Shown one piece after another: positions 26,950-40,963 of a DNA stretch of 64,000 nucleotides. This DNA comes from Cycas panzhihuaensis (taxonomy: Eukaryota > Plantae > Cycadophyta). Position 1 is the stretch's first letter. Each line of letters starts with the position of its first letter. A program made the translations under genes and the position numbers. The stretch is taken from assembly GCA_023213395.1 (NCBI GenBank), contig CM041465.1, positions 195,803,741 to 195,867,740 of the forward strand, given 5' to 3'. A model generated the notes under the pieces. It had not been told where the DNA came from and searched no databases. It worked only from the letters and a program-made list of their open reading frames with translations.

Positions 26950-27750
26950 AAAGTGTTTTATTATGGTAGTATTTTGGCGGACATAAAATGGTACTATTAA
27001 GTTCCATTTTAAAAGATACTTTAAGAGGGTCCTCAAAATGTACATTGTCCTCTTTTAAAAGTACCTTTTTTGGCTTCATAAAATAGATACCTTAAGAGGA
27101 TTTTAAATACACTTTATCCTCTTCTTTAAAGGTACATTATTGGTGGCATATAAAAGGATCTTAATATAATTTATCCTCTTTAAAGGAGATGTTATTGGTG
27201 GCATAATGATGTTTTGAGAGGATTTTTTCATGTGGCTCATCCTCTTTTGTAAAGCATCTTGTGGCGAACATGTAAAGTACCTTAAGAGGAATTTTTAATA
27301 CATTTTATCCTCTTCATTAAGGTACATTTTTTGGTGGCATAAAAGCACCTTTATTGGCTTCATAGAAAAGTACCTCAAGAAGACATTAAACTTTTTACCT
27401 TGTTATTTTGTCTCCTTTCAAAGGGGATTTTTATCTCTTAATCCTCTTTTTCAAGGTACATTTTTTGGTGGTGTAAAAGGGTATAAAACCTTATGAAGAC
27501 TATAAGCTTTCAAGCTTTATTTTATCTTCCTTTTAAAGGTATTTATTGGCTTCAATGAAAGAGTACTTCATGTGTATTTTCTCATGTACTTTAATCCTCT
27601 TTAGAGTATATACTTTGACTCTATTTTAAGAGGATTCTTCAATGTACTTTTGATAGAATTTTGTAAGGGGAGTTTTTAATGTACTTAGTCCTCTTTTTAG
27701 AGCACTTTAAAAGGATCTTTTAATGTACTTCATCTTCTTTATTGATGTAT
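26950..27750 (+). repeat. Degenerate AT-rich repeat array (roughly 60-70 bp units) with internal inverted repeats
   Basis: Recurrent aagagga...tcctctt followed by aaggtacatt...tggtggcat. Confidence 0.7.
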
Positions 27751-28646
27751 TTAAAACGTATTTTAAACCTATTATTAGTACTCTTTTAAGTGTAATTCAC
27801 CTTGCGGCCACTGAGTGATGTGGCACTCATACTTGCGGTGATTTAAAACACTATTTCTTCTTAATTTCTTAATTACAAACTTCATAAAATGTTTGTGAAT
27901 TACTAGCTAAAATTTACTAGATTCACTAAGGCAAAATGTAAGTTCTATGTAATGTAACACTTTCCAGTCTTACAAAGACCTATGGGAGTTGTTGAAGGAG
28001 AAGACAGGAAGCCTAATCATATCCAATTAAAGGCAACATGGTGCAGCACAATATACTACAACATGGTGTTATATGGCATGACACGACATGGCTTGGTAGA
28101 ACTGGAACTTGGAATACTAGCATTCATCAATTTGCTAGTGGTTGATGAGAAGATTGTTCATCTTATTTGCTTGCATATGATGCAGAATGACTCTTAATGA
28201 TTTATTAGAGTCTTAAAACTTGCTTACTCTTGAAAAATGTCTAGTCTCTTCATGTGCAGAAATTGAAAGAGACGAGTGACTTATGTTGTTGAATTGTAGA
28301 GTATAAAACTCTTATCAACCTGCATGATACTTATCACACCTTTGTCTACCGCTAACTCTTTCATTTGTGTGTTGGGTAGCTTATTGCTGAAGCTTATTGT
28401 GTTATGGTGATGATAATAGCAGTGTTGTGGTGTTAATAAAAACACCTAACAATTCTATGAAGCAACAGTGTCTTGGAAAATGACAATAGTGCATAAAATC
28501 AAGCACGCTATTATATGCCAAGATTATGACATTTGGAGAAGCAGGACAATGAGCGTGATTTTCACGCATTAATGATCACAACTAGCATGAACTGCATGAG
28601 GATGATGAACTCCTCTTTGGGAGCTTTGTAAAGGAAACTGCAAAGA

Positions 28647-28934
28647 CAAATCAATGATAGGATGTGGATGACACTTAGTTCTGGTTGATCATAATCAACG
28701 ACAGGATGTGCATTGACCACTTAGTTCTGGTTGAGTCAATTCAACGACAGGATGTAGATGACACTTAGTTCTGGTTAATCCAAATCAACGACAGGATGTG
28801 GATGACACTTAGTTCTGGTTGATCCAAATCAACGACAGGATGTGCATAGACCACTTGGTTCTGGTTGATCTCTTGTAGCAGTTAAAGGCCAAATCAATGA
28901 CAGATTGTGCATTGGCACCTAATTCTGGTTGATC
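28647..28934 (+). repeat. Minisatellite, six units of about 44-46 bp
   Basis: Unit caaatcaacgacaggatgtggatgacacttagttctggttgatc and its variant ...gtgcattgaccactt... Confidence 0.93.
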
Positions 28935-29836
28935 TCATGATGTGGATAGCTTATTCCACCAAGATGGTATGCAAAGCAGCAGTCACAGCATTCAAAAAGC
29001 CATTTTGGGCTTAATTGACTTCTTCAGTTGTTCTACTACAACAAAATGCCTTCCAACTATCGAAGGATTGAGATTCCATGACAGAGTCAAGCTTGTGGAA
29101 GATCACCATCATTCTATTCGACAACATATGGAGTATGGCCTGGTTGAATTGATGTATTGTCCTTCAAATTGTATTCTCACTTAGACTTCAAGTTGTGAGA
29201 AATTTTGAAAGACATAGGACACTAATGTTTATGTAAGGAAATGAACTTAACATTATGGGAGGGTGTTGGAATAATGTACATTCCCATTACATGTCCATTT
29301 AAGTTCATTTCATTTCATTAGAATAATTGCTCACATAAAATATTCTTGATGAGAATATTCTAGTGAGAGAAGATTCTTAGTCAAAGGTTCTAGAAGTCAA
29401 AGATGCTCAACTATTAATGAGGTGGTTTGAGCACACCAAAAATCATGGGAGTTGTTGAACCACCTCCTATGTTTAGACTTAGTGTAAAGTTATAAATATG
29501 TATTTGTACCTTGCATATTTTCTTAATGAGATTTGAAGAGTTGTGAGTCATTTGTCGTATTGTCATCTCTTGTGTATTTCACATGTGCTTTATGACATGT
29601 CTCCTACTCCTATCCACTCATTCCTACATTAGAATAGTTTAGGCCATAAATTTCCTACATTTATATCTCAAAGGAAGAAAGCAAAGTATGACACTGAATT
29701 TTTTAACACAATTGGATTCACAAAATATAAAATTTGTTTATTAGCCAAAGTAAAGTAAACAACCAATACTTCGAAATAAACAACAAATTCAAAGTAAACA
29801 TTACTACAAAAGAAAAATATGAGTGTAAATACTTAC

Positions 29837-29945
29837 AATCTATTTTGTCATCTATAGGAGCATTTGGGTGAAACACAGAGAGTGCGCATGCAAACTCCTC
29901 GAATCCTAATAAGCCATTGCGCTTCGTATCAAACAAATCAAAGAC
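29837..29945 (-). CDS. CBL3: CBL exon, 109 bp, EF-hand 2 ([36 protein letters not shown])
   Basis: ttttcgtag|GTCTTTGAT...ATAGATT|gtaagt; overlaps track ORF 29718..29936; ends in phase 1. Confidence 0.96.
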
Positions 29946-31419
29946 CTACGAAAACAACTTTTTCCAATATCAGTATTTAGTGACATGTTAAGTCTGACCA
30001 CATCGTTATAATAAGCAATCATAAAACCCCAAATCCATGAGAAGCATGGTAATATAAAGAGATTATTTTTGTAGAAATCTTGATATATCTACAAAATTAC
30101 GAGGAATCGTAGTTTGTAGACCCCCACAATGTAACATTGAATTCCTAATCCATGAGCTTGTCCACTCTTCCAAGGCCCTTAAAGATGTGTTTGAATCAGG
30201 AATATCTCTTCAAAACATGAAATCAATGTGCACAATCACTTACCATTCAAAACTGCCATACCATTCTCAACCAATATTGTTTAACTATAAAAAAACAACT
30301 ATGTTTAAAGCAACAAATAAAATGTCTTCCTAGAATGAATAGAAGCAAGCCTAGCAAATATGAATAGAGAATGACTAGAGACTATAGTAATAACTAGTAA
30401 ACAATTGTCCGTCAAAGAAAATTTGGAAAACAAGTATAACCTTATAAGATGACAAGTGTAAATGGAAATTAAGCAAGTATACTGAAACGTTGAGTGCCTT
30501 CTACCCAAAGGGCAAATAGTATTCTTAATTGTTCTATGTTGTCCATTATCATACGCACATAATAAAACAACAAGCATAGCTCTTAACTAGACCATTGTTT
30601 CCCTAAATCCAATCCAATCATGAAATACCATATATATCCTCATCAAAACTCTTGATGGTTAACACACCACACCACAATTGTAGTATGTCATCTATTTCCA
30701 AAACAACAGAGTAAATTCACCATTTTAGTGCAACCATTTGGGGAGACATTCCAACAAGCTCAAACTCTGACACCATTACCAAGGAGAAAAAATTTATCAA
30801 AGCTTGTTAAAACCATAGTATAATGATACCGTATGCTCATGGGTAATACAAGCATTCATTGATGGTGAAGCTAGTGTAACATTATCGAAAAGAAATATCA
30901 TTACTTCAAAAGAGATTCAATGTACTGAATTTCTATATAACTTAATCATAACTTACAATTCTAAGATCTCATGCCTGAAAATGACTAAACAAATATTTAT
31001 TTTAAAATGAATCCAAATATTCTCAACCTATTACTCTTATAGAAGAAGAATATCTAAAAGATACATATGATGGAATGCAAATGCACTGAATATCTATGTT
31101 TGAAATCTATTTCTACTGAACATAGTACAAGCTTCAAAAATATACATAGAGAGTAGAATTATTGTCCCTTTTTCTATATATGGCATACAACGATAAGATC
31201 ATCAAGCATTACACATTGGCCCAAAACCATAAAAATTATTAATCCCAAATCCATCTAATAGATAGTTGTTGCTTCCCAAATTCAATAGCTAGTTTGTAAC
31301 ATTTAGACACTTTTCAATGTACCAAGCATCATAGCATCATCACATGCATCATATACAAAAGGAACCACTATTCTACCTATCAATGTAAACACAAATTTAT
31401 AACATTCTAGAAATTCTCC

Positions 31420-34400
31420 ACATCAACATGCCTCGAACAAAAGAATCAAAGGGATTTTGGACAAGGAAATGGCCTCAGAGGGACAAATTTTTTTTAAGAA
31501 AAATTTGACCCTGAAAAATCAAGGGATATTCTCAACTGGATACTTCAAATGGAAATCTACTTCCACGCATATAACCTACCTAACCAAGAATAAGTCCTAA
31601 TGGCTTCTCTCAATTTATGCGGCAAGGTACTTCAATGGTTCCATTGGTGGAAGAGCACTTGCAACGAGACAACAAGCAACGATTGGCATTTCCGAAAAAT
31701 AGGTCTCATAGAGCAATATGAAGACACTTGGAACACAGATTACTTCTCTCAGCTCACCCGATTACAACAGATAGGCTCAGTTCAAGCCTACACTGAACAA
31801 TTCCTAGCCTTACAAAGCTTAGTCACACAGAACACACCAGATGAACTCATTACCAAAACTACATTGGAGGGCTTAGGGGTAATATTAGATATCGCATAAA
31901 AACAATGCAGGCAAGTAATGTGAGAGAAGTTATTCGACTTGCCAAAAATAATGAAGTTGAATGTAGAGAAGGTAGACACAATTTTGCCTGCCGCAATGAG
32001 CCACCTAGGCAACCAAGCCAACAATTCCAACCATTGGGCACAGTTAGGAACAAAAGCAGGGGCAGCTACATTAGAGAAAAAAGAAGAGTGCATAACCTAA
32101 GCCGACCATATTAAGAATGGGACATGTTTCCATTGCGGAGGAAATAGGAATCCTAGTCATATATGCCCTACTAAAAAGATGTTTATGATAAATGACGACA
32201 AGGATAATATACCAAATAAGCACGAAGAGGAAGAACCCAATGAGGAAGCTATAGCCAAAGAAAACGAAGTTGAAATCAACGATTTATTAAATATTGATTT
32301 AGGCAACATATAAATCTCTTTACAAGCCATCACTAGCAAGACCCACACTCCTCAAATGCTACGATTCATAGGCTTGATTAAAAATGCAAAAATTCTAGTC
32401 TTGGTAGATAGTGAGAGTACCCATAACTTCATAAAACCAACAGTAGACAAGTTAAGACTCCAGATCCAATCGCCCATTGGAGGTGTCGACATCATTTTGG
32501 GAATTCAGTAGCTACAAAATCTGTGAAACATAGTCACCAATTACAGAGCATATTTTATGTGTTTTCATCAGAAGGATCAAAAATACAAATTACAAGCCCC
32601 TGATCCTATGCCAACCCATCTAGTAACCTCTCAACAAATGGAGAAGTTATTGTGAAAGAACCCCGCATCTTTTATGCTCTCTTATTATAAACTAACCATA
32701 AGGGAGGTTCCTACGGAAGTACAAGCCATCATCAATCAATGCCGTCAGATATTTGACGATCCTCCCCAAGGATTACCCCCAAGTCGATGTTGTGAATTCT
32801 ATCGAGCTAATTCTAAAAACTTTCTGACCGAACATTTGACCTTACTGCCATCCCTTTTATTTTAAAAGGGAAATCAAATGAATTACACAAGAGCTACTAC
32901 AACAGGGATCTATCACTCCAAGTACCAGCTCATTTGTGTCACCTGTTATATTCATTTGGATCAAAGATGGATCTTACAGAATGTGCGTAGATTATCGAGC
33001 TCTCAATAAATTGACCATCAAAAATAGGTATCCAATTCTGCAAATAAATGACTTATTAGATCAATTACATGGAGTTTGATAGCTTTCAAAGACTGATTTA
33101 CAATTCAAATATTATCAAATTCGAATAAAAGCTACCTTTTGGACCCACGAAGGATTGTTTGAGTTCTGAGTTATCCTATTTGGATTAACAAATGCCCCAA
33201 CGACATTCCAAAGCACCATGAACTAGGTACTCAAACCATATTTATGGAAATTTATATTGGTTTTTTTTTATGATATTTTGATCTACAGCAGGCCTTGGCA
33301 AGAACACTTAGATCATATCCAAACAATTTTACAACTACTACAAGACCAACAATTTTTCGCCAATCAAAACAAATGCACATTTGGACAGATAGAATTGGAG
33401 CATTTGGGTCATATCATTACACAAGGAGTAAAAAACGACCCAAAGAAAATTCAAGCAATCATAGACTGGCCAACTCCAAAAAACGTAATAGGGGTACGAG
33501 GATTCCTAGGAGCAATAAGATGTCTTTGTCGATTCATCAAAGGGTACACATATATTGTAGCACCACTAAAAAACTTAACTAAGAAGGATGCCTTCATACG
33601 CAATCCAAATGCCGAGTCAACATTCCAAAGATTAAAATCTGCTATGACCATTACACCAATGTTGGCAACTCTAGACTTCTCTCATCCAATCATGATCAAG
33701 TGTGATGCATCCAAAATAGAGTAGGAGTAGTACTCTTACAGGAAGATAGACCGTTGGCGTTTGAAAACAGGAAACTTAACATGTGAGAATGACTCAAACC
33801 TATAATATGATAAGGTGATGCTAGCCATCATGCATGCCATACATCAATGGCGTCAATATCTCCTTGGAAACAAGCTCATACTGAAAACAAATCACACTGA
33901 AATGCTTCTTCAACCAAAAATTGCTTTTTGACGAACAACAAAAGTGGGTGAGCAAACCTCAGACGTTCGATTTTACTATCCTCTACAAAAAGGGCAAAGA
34001 GAATGTTGTCACAGATGCTTTATCCAAAATTCCAGCAGAAGATACTGGAAGCAACTCACCCACCCTGCAAAGCATCACAATAGCAACATTAAAAGGGACT
34101 GAGGAATTAATCTGAGGTTATGTCAATGACCCTCACTCTCAGGACGCATTACAGGAAACCAAAAGGGTCAATAATAGCAAATATAGTATGCAAGGGAGGT
34201 TAATTATGAGAAAAGGAAAAATATTTGTGCCATCAGTTTTCGATATCAAAACGAAAATTCTAGAGGAAGCACATTGTTTCACAATTGGGGAGCACACGGG
34301 AATCAACAAAACTTATCAACAAATTAGGGACACCTTTTTCTAGAAGGGATAAAAAATAGATATACATAAGTTCGTTTCTGAATACGATACTTGCCAGAGA

Positions 34401-36081
34401 AATAGGACCGAAAGCTTAAAAATCCCTGGGTTGCTCCAGCCACTACATATACGAGAATAAAAGTGGAAAGAGATCTCAATGGACTTCATCATAGGGTTAC
34501 CAAAATCTAAAGGGAAAGATGCCATTTTTGTGGTAGTCGATCGTCTAACCAAATATGCACACTTTAGAGGAATGCAAGTGTTGACTAAAGCTACTCAAAT
34601 AGCAAATATATTTATAAAAGAAATATGTTATCTCCATGGTTTCTCAAAAATAATTGTCAGTAACAAAGATCCGAAAATCACAAGTAATTTCTAACAAGAA
34701 ATTATTCAAAATGGCAAGTACAAAACTAAACATAAGGGTGTATCACCCTCTGACAGACGGACAAACAGAAGTTGTCACTAAATGTTTGGAAGGCTATCTA
34801 CGGAATTTTACTTCTGACAAAGAATATCAATGGCATAAATGGCTCCGTTTAGCCAAATGTTGGTGATGTTAGTACAATACTACCTACCATACCACAACAA
34901 AGATGACACCATTCCAAGCTCTTTATGGTTTTGAACCACCCTCCATTGTAACATGGTTGAAAACCTCCAAAGTCCAAGTCGTATAAGAGCAGCAAGAGCA
35001 AATGCAACAAACACTTGAGCTTTTAAGAAATAGTCTAAACATTGCCCATAACAAGATGAAACAACAAGCAGACCTCCACAAAACAAAACGATCATTTAGG
35101 CCAAGAGATTGGGTTTTTCTTCAACTTCAAACCCATAAGCAAACAACCTTAAAACATTCTGCTTAACACAAATTACAACCGAATTTTCTTGGGTCATACA
35201 AAGTAGTAGCCAAAATATGAGAGGTAGCTCATCAACTAGAATTACCTCCTATAAGTCGCATCCATAACACACTTCACGTCTCCCATCTCAAACAAAATCT
35301 CAGAAAAGATACAATGCCTCAGACAGATTTACCCATATTAGATGAAGAAGGCAAGCTCACAATTGAACTAGAAGGTGTCATACAGGTACATACCAGGAGG
35401 CTTCGTTGAAGATAAATCAAAGAATATCTCATTAAATGGAAAGCGTATGTCAGCAGCAATGCAACCTGGCAGTCTGAAGAGCGTATGCAACAATAGTCCA
35501 AGTTAGCCATGCTTTAAGGGCAAAGCATGTTTTTAAGGGGAGGGAGTTGTAGCATTCTAAACACATTGGACGGTTGTTCAATTGACCTTCCATAAAAGCA
35601 AAAAAATCTACCTATATATATATATTCTTTTCCTATTTTGAAGAGTATTCTAGCTGATTTCTAATCTTCTTTTAGGTGAGTTTCTGCCTCTTTCTAGCCG
35701 ACTTCTATTAAGGGTCATCTGGCCACCTATATAAGGAATATCTTGAACCTCTTTTGGGCATCATTCACTAAATATTAGACTACCATATTCTCTACCTTTT
35801 TGGACTATTTTGTGGAGGGATCCATTCTCAATTGTGTGTGCGAGAGCTTCTAGTCACATTGTACTTATTCAATTTATGCTCTGTTTTTTGTCATCTATCT
35901 TTCATGTGAAAGCAGTGTTCCTATAAGTTTATATTATTGTTTATTGTTGCAATTTCAGTAAGATTATACTATCATATAATTGTTGCAATTTGTACCTTGC
36001 AAGTGTATATTGTGTGTATTTAGCCATTTTGGGGGCAATTATTTAAAATTTTATCTAGAATAAATCAGTAAGCTTACTACA
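31420..36081 (+). mobile_element. Decayed Ty3/gypsy chromovirus with 3' LTR 35548-36081
   Basis: gag LQWFHWW..DYFSQLTRLQQ, RT YDILIYS, INT MDFIIGLP, chromodomain EYLIKWK; PPT aaggggagggagt followed by tgtagc...ctaca. No 5' LTR recognised. Confidence 0.9.
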
Positions 36082-37224
36082 CTTGCATCCTTGTTTCTTG
36101 TATGATGTCCCAAACCAGACTCACAAGCTACTCCATACCAGTTCTCCACTCCTAATCTTCTCTGAAAAGCCATCCACAAATTACAAACCAATAAGAAACA
36201 CTGCAAGCCAATAATTTGAATTCCCTAAGCATGGAAAAATTCCACTTGCTTTTCCCATTGTTGAGCTAGTTAATGAAGTGGTGTATTCAGGCTTTCCTCC
36301 ATCCTAGACCGCCATATTATTCATCATATTTATAAAATAGGCAATGTATCTGATATAGAAAACTACGTGATTGTTATAATAAGCTACCTCCTACCCAAAT
36401 TTTACACCACATGATGAGCTTTATGACTCAGTTACAGTCGTATAACATATGGTGGTCACACATGGCCCCATTACAATTGTTATGCATAAGTTGCTCAATC
36501 ACAATTGTAGAACATATGATATTTTGTTGCAATCATAAAATGCAACGCACCCACTAACCACCATGACCTATGACCTATCTCTACCCAATCCTGACTAGAA
36601 ACACACAACAATTACAAGAACAAGAAGCAAATATGAAATCGGCTAGCTCTTCGATCTCTTCCGTGTTAACTACTTCATTTTTTTTAACCAGATGAGGAGA
36701 TCATGTAAGACACTGGAAAATCATTGCAAAAATGTCTTAAGAAGAATACTTATACGCCAAGTATTTGTAAGTTTGTTTCAATACTAATAATATTACAAAC
36801 TATATTACATTTTTTCCCCTCACTACAAAGGCCCTCCATAATTGTACACCCCTCTCCTTATTTGTATGCCCCTCTTCTATAAAGCCTATCATTGAAGTAT
36901 TCTGCTTCATTACTCAACTCCTAGCAATTTGCATAAACCCCTCTAGAGAGTTCATATCAATCGATATTAGAGCCATGGATCGAAGCCTCAAAAAATTTTG
37001 GACATTTTCTTATACTTACTATTCGTTTTCAGCATATCGAGAAATCCTACAGAATGAGTCCCTCCATCTAATGAATAAAAATTCACAACTTATATTCCAA
37101 CCAACCACTTTATTACTACTACCCCAAGAGCTTCGAGACCAAAAAATAGTAAACTAGACTTTCTAAGCCAACGTGACAATATGTTTTCGCAAGTGTTAGC
37201 TCAACAAGTAGCCCATAATGTTTA

Positions 37225-39470
37225 ATCTTTTATCCCTTAACCCAATTTTCTTTCTAATGTAGAAGAATTTATCCTTCCCCAATGGCTTACTAAAGATGTT
37301 TGTTGGTTCCTCCTCATTGGGACAATAGATCAAATCTATCTCCTTGTTTTGCACATTTTCTTGAATGAAGTGGTGGAGAGCCTCTATATGCTTGGTTCTA
37401 GCATGAAAGACAAGCTTCTTGTTGAGCTTGATGCCACTCTAATTATCATGGAAGAATGTTTTAAGCTCTTGTTAAGTCTACCTAAGTTCATCTAGATGTT
37501 TTCGGAGCCATATGGCTTCATAGGTGATATTGATTGTTGCTTTATATTCGACTTCAATGGATAATAAGGTTATTGTCCGTTGTATCTTGCTACACTAGGA
37601 AATCATTCCTAAACTATAAGACACAATATCTAGAAGTGGATTCACTATCATTAGCTACTACCTCCCAGTCTAAGTCAGTGAATTCCACTAGCTCAAGCTT
37701 TTCATTACTTGAATATTCTATTCCAAGATTGATTTGTTCCCTTCACATATCTCAAAATCCATTTTCCAGCCTGCCAATTGGATTTCTTGGATGTTACCAT
37801 GAATCTAGAGATTATGCCTACTACAAAGACAGGATATGGTCATGTCGTAGTCAAGTATAGCAGGCTACCACTTAATTTCTTGTAAAAGGTTGCATCCACT
37901 AACTTCCCTCCTCCATCAACAATAATTTCGTTTCCAGCTTCCATTAGAATAGTTGTCAATTTGCACTCTAACATGTTGAATTCTTGTAAATTTTTCTTTG
38001 CATAGTTTAGCTGGGACAAGAATATGCTCATTGCCTTTTGACCAACTTCCACCCCAAATAACAAAGTAGAAGACCGATGTCTACCATCTCAAAGGAATCA
38101 CTCAACATCATTTTGGTGGACTGAATGTTTTGTTCATCACTTTCTATGAGAATGAGATCATTCACATATAGAACAAGTATGGTGATTATGTTCCCCTTAG
38201 TTTGATGTATAGGCTAGTCGAGCTATCAAACTATACATCAGGTCGCTATGGCGAAAGCAACACGCTGGGATTCGGTCAACACTTAAAGTTCTACCGCTGC
38301 AAGCTACCAGCTAGCTATTCCCCAGCTTTTTGGAAGTGTCTGCCTTCCCTTCGCTATGCTCAGGAAAGGGTTCATAATAAGGGGGATAAGGGATTTTCTC
38401 AAGAACAAGTGTTTTGAATAGAGCTTTTACTATTTTGAAGATACATTCTCAAAATAGCCCCCCTCCTTCTTATCTGAGATGATGATCAATTTTGCATTCC
38501 ATGATTGTGGGGCTTCCTTTAGCCCACACAAGACTTTCTTGAGTTCGCAGATGAGGTGCTCCTGTCTCTTTTTAGCATATCTTAGAGGTTGTTCTATGTA
38601 TACTACTTCTTCAAAATCTCTATTCAGAAAGCCACTTTTGTTGAAGATAGCATTCAACCTTCACACCAATTGATGATGAACACAACCCTTAGAATCTAAT
38701 GAAGAGGAAGTTTGCTAGCATAAGGAGATGATTAGCATCTACAATAAGCAACTAAGAACATGAGCACCTAAGCAAGCATGAAGCAAATGAACTCAAGCAC
38801 AAGAAAAACATAAAATATAGAGGAGCAAGAATTTGTCCTTACTCCAAAATAAGCAACATTGACTTGGATTCAAACTAGCAGCATAACAGTACAATACTCA
38901 CTCACATATTTGATACATGAGATTTGACCTCCTTATATAGAAGTGAAGGAGGACCTTGGACAACTAGATGTTTGACAAGTGTCAAACATCAAAGCTATGC
39001 CCTTTGCATGTGGGACAAGTGTCCCTTGGGCTCTCTTTGTGAGCAATAGTACATGAGGGTACATTGAACCTTAAGTCACAACATTATGTCACTAGAAAGA
39101 ATGTGGATGTGTACTTTATCACATTAGGTGATAAGTCACCCTTACATAAAGTTACATAAAGTACATTAGTTTTACAATATAGAATATAACACTTAGGCAT
39201 AAAGGTCTTAACATTTTTTGCATCCATCTGGTATACTTTCCATCCCTATTGTGCTACTATTCCCAAAATTGTCCTCATGGTGATCATCTTGGCTACAAGG
39301 GTAGAGGTTTCTTCATAATCTAGTCCTTTCATCTAAGTGAAGCACTTAGCCACCAATCGGGCTTTGTACCTCTCAATTGATTTGTCTAATTTCTCCTTAA
39401 CTTTGTACATCCATTTACAACCTATGATAGGTCTGTCTTGAGAATGACTAGTATCCAACTCAGCAACATA
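37225..39470 (-). mobile_element. Decayed Ty1/copia RT-RNase H, interrupted by insertions
   Basis: CKWMYKVK..YKARLVAK, LKKVLCGLKEAP and GSLLYLTTT on the minus strand. Confidence 0.82.
38639..39213 (-). mobile_element. Solo LTR (575 bp) inserted in the copia QMDVKSAFL motif
   Basis: tgttgaag...cttaaca termini split QMDAK|KSGFLN; shares blocks with the LTRs at 20642 and 39472. Confidence 0.7.
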
Positions 39471-39471
39471 A

Positions 39472-40575
39472 TGTTACACATATCTCTGACTATATCACAC
39501 AAGAGAAGATGGTCTCTATATATAAGTGAGAGGGCTCCCCTTAGGTGTGCAGAATGATCAACAAGTGGTGATCATGCATACAAAGACATTGCATGTTTGA
39601 CAAGCATAAAACATACATGCATATCTGCAAATATGCACAAAAAGGGGAAGAAGGTCTTTGACACTTAAGTTACAACATGATACAACACTAGAAAAGTGTG
39701 GGTGTGTATTTTACACATTAAGTCTAAAGTATTAAACTTAATACATAACTTAACAATAGAACATAAAGGTTCTAACATCCCCCTTTAATGTTTAAATTGT
39801 TAAGTCTTACACCAAGGCCATTTCTAAAATATTCAAATTTTTCTATATCAAGTGATTTGGTAAAGATGTCTACTAATTGTTGATTAGTTGACCTATATAT
39901 GAGATCAATCTCATCGTTCTGCACATGCTCCCTAACAAAATGGTGATGGACCTCAATGTGCTTGGTTCTTGCATGAAAGAATGGATTCTTAGTCATCCTG
40001 AGTACACTAAATATCACAGTATAACCCAATATGATGTATTTGCTCAAGTCAAAGCTCACTAAGAATCCTCCTAAACCATATAGTTTCGCACATTGCACTA
40101 ACCGCAACCTTGTATTCTACTTTCGTGGAGGAGAGAGTTACATTTGGTTGCTTCTTGCAACTCCATGAAATAATAACTGACCCAAGATTTAAAGCAATAA
40201 CCTGAGGTAGATCTTCGTCTATCCTAGCAACTAGCCCAATCAGATTCTAAGAACCCCTCCAGTGTGAAGCCTTCATTATGTGTGTATTGTAAACCATGCT
40301 ACAATGTGCCTTTCAAATATTTGAGTACACATTTTACAGCATTCCAATGTCTCTGATTGGGTTGAGATGTGTACCAAGAACAAATTCCAACTACATAAGA
40401 TATATCATGTCTAGTGTTAGTCAAATAAATGAGATTACCCACTAGTTGTCTATGAAGAGTGGAATCAACTAATTTCGCATCCTAATCAAGTGAAAGTTTA
40501 ATGCCAATCTCCACCAGTGTAGGTACAAGTTTGCAATCCTCCATTCAAAATCGCCACAAAATATCCCAAGTGTAT
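39472..40575 (-). mobile_element. Ty1/copia RNase H end plus 3' LTR (~39472-39777)
   Basis: FHARTKHIEVHHHFVREHV..VDIFTKSL; PPT ttaaaggggga followed by tgttagaacc on the minus strand. Confidence 0.85.
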
Positions 40576-40963
40576 TGTCTTAGGCATCACATGCCAAATA
40601 AAATTAGGATGAACCCAATTATAAAACTTACAAAATGAGATGGGGTCTCCCCTATTTATAGGTGCCAATATGGCTTCCTATTAAAAAACAAGCTTCAATA
40701 ATAATATTAATAATAAAATACCAACTTTCTAATATAGAAATTGACTTCCTAATCTAAAAATCGACTTCATATTAATTTGAAAATACCAACTCCTTAATAA
40801 AACTAACTTTTAATAAATACCAACTTCTCCTTAATAGATTAGGATCAACAATGACCGACCGTGCTAGTATATTGGTCAGAAATTGAGACTCACCCACTAC
40901 ATAGAAATGTTCGATGACACACGGCTAGCTCTTCTGTTGTATCCGTGATCCATCCATGGAGTC

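Larger units (their letters stand above)
25595..29628 (+). mobile_element. Complete non-autonomous copia-derived LTR element, 4,034 bp ('family F')
   Basis: LTRs 25595-25943 and 29264-29628 (about 8 substitutions plus one 16-bp indel); PBS tggtatcagagc 25944-25955; PPT ttatgggaggg; TSD ctaga/ttaga. The only clear coding relic is RNase H-like FHDRVKLVEDHHHSIRQH (~29070). Confidence 0.95.

Noticed and set aside
28647-28934. CRISPR-like array
   Set aside because: Units are contiguous with no unique spacers, lie inside a plant LTR element, and no cas genes are present.
29718-29836. C-terminal part of the 72-aa track ORF as coding sequence
   Set aside because: It is read-through past the gtaagt donor; CBL homology ends at 29837.
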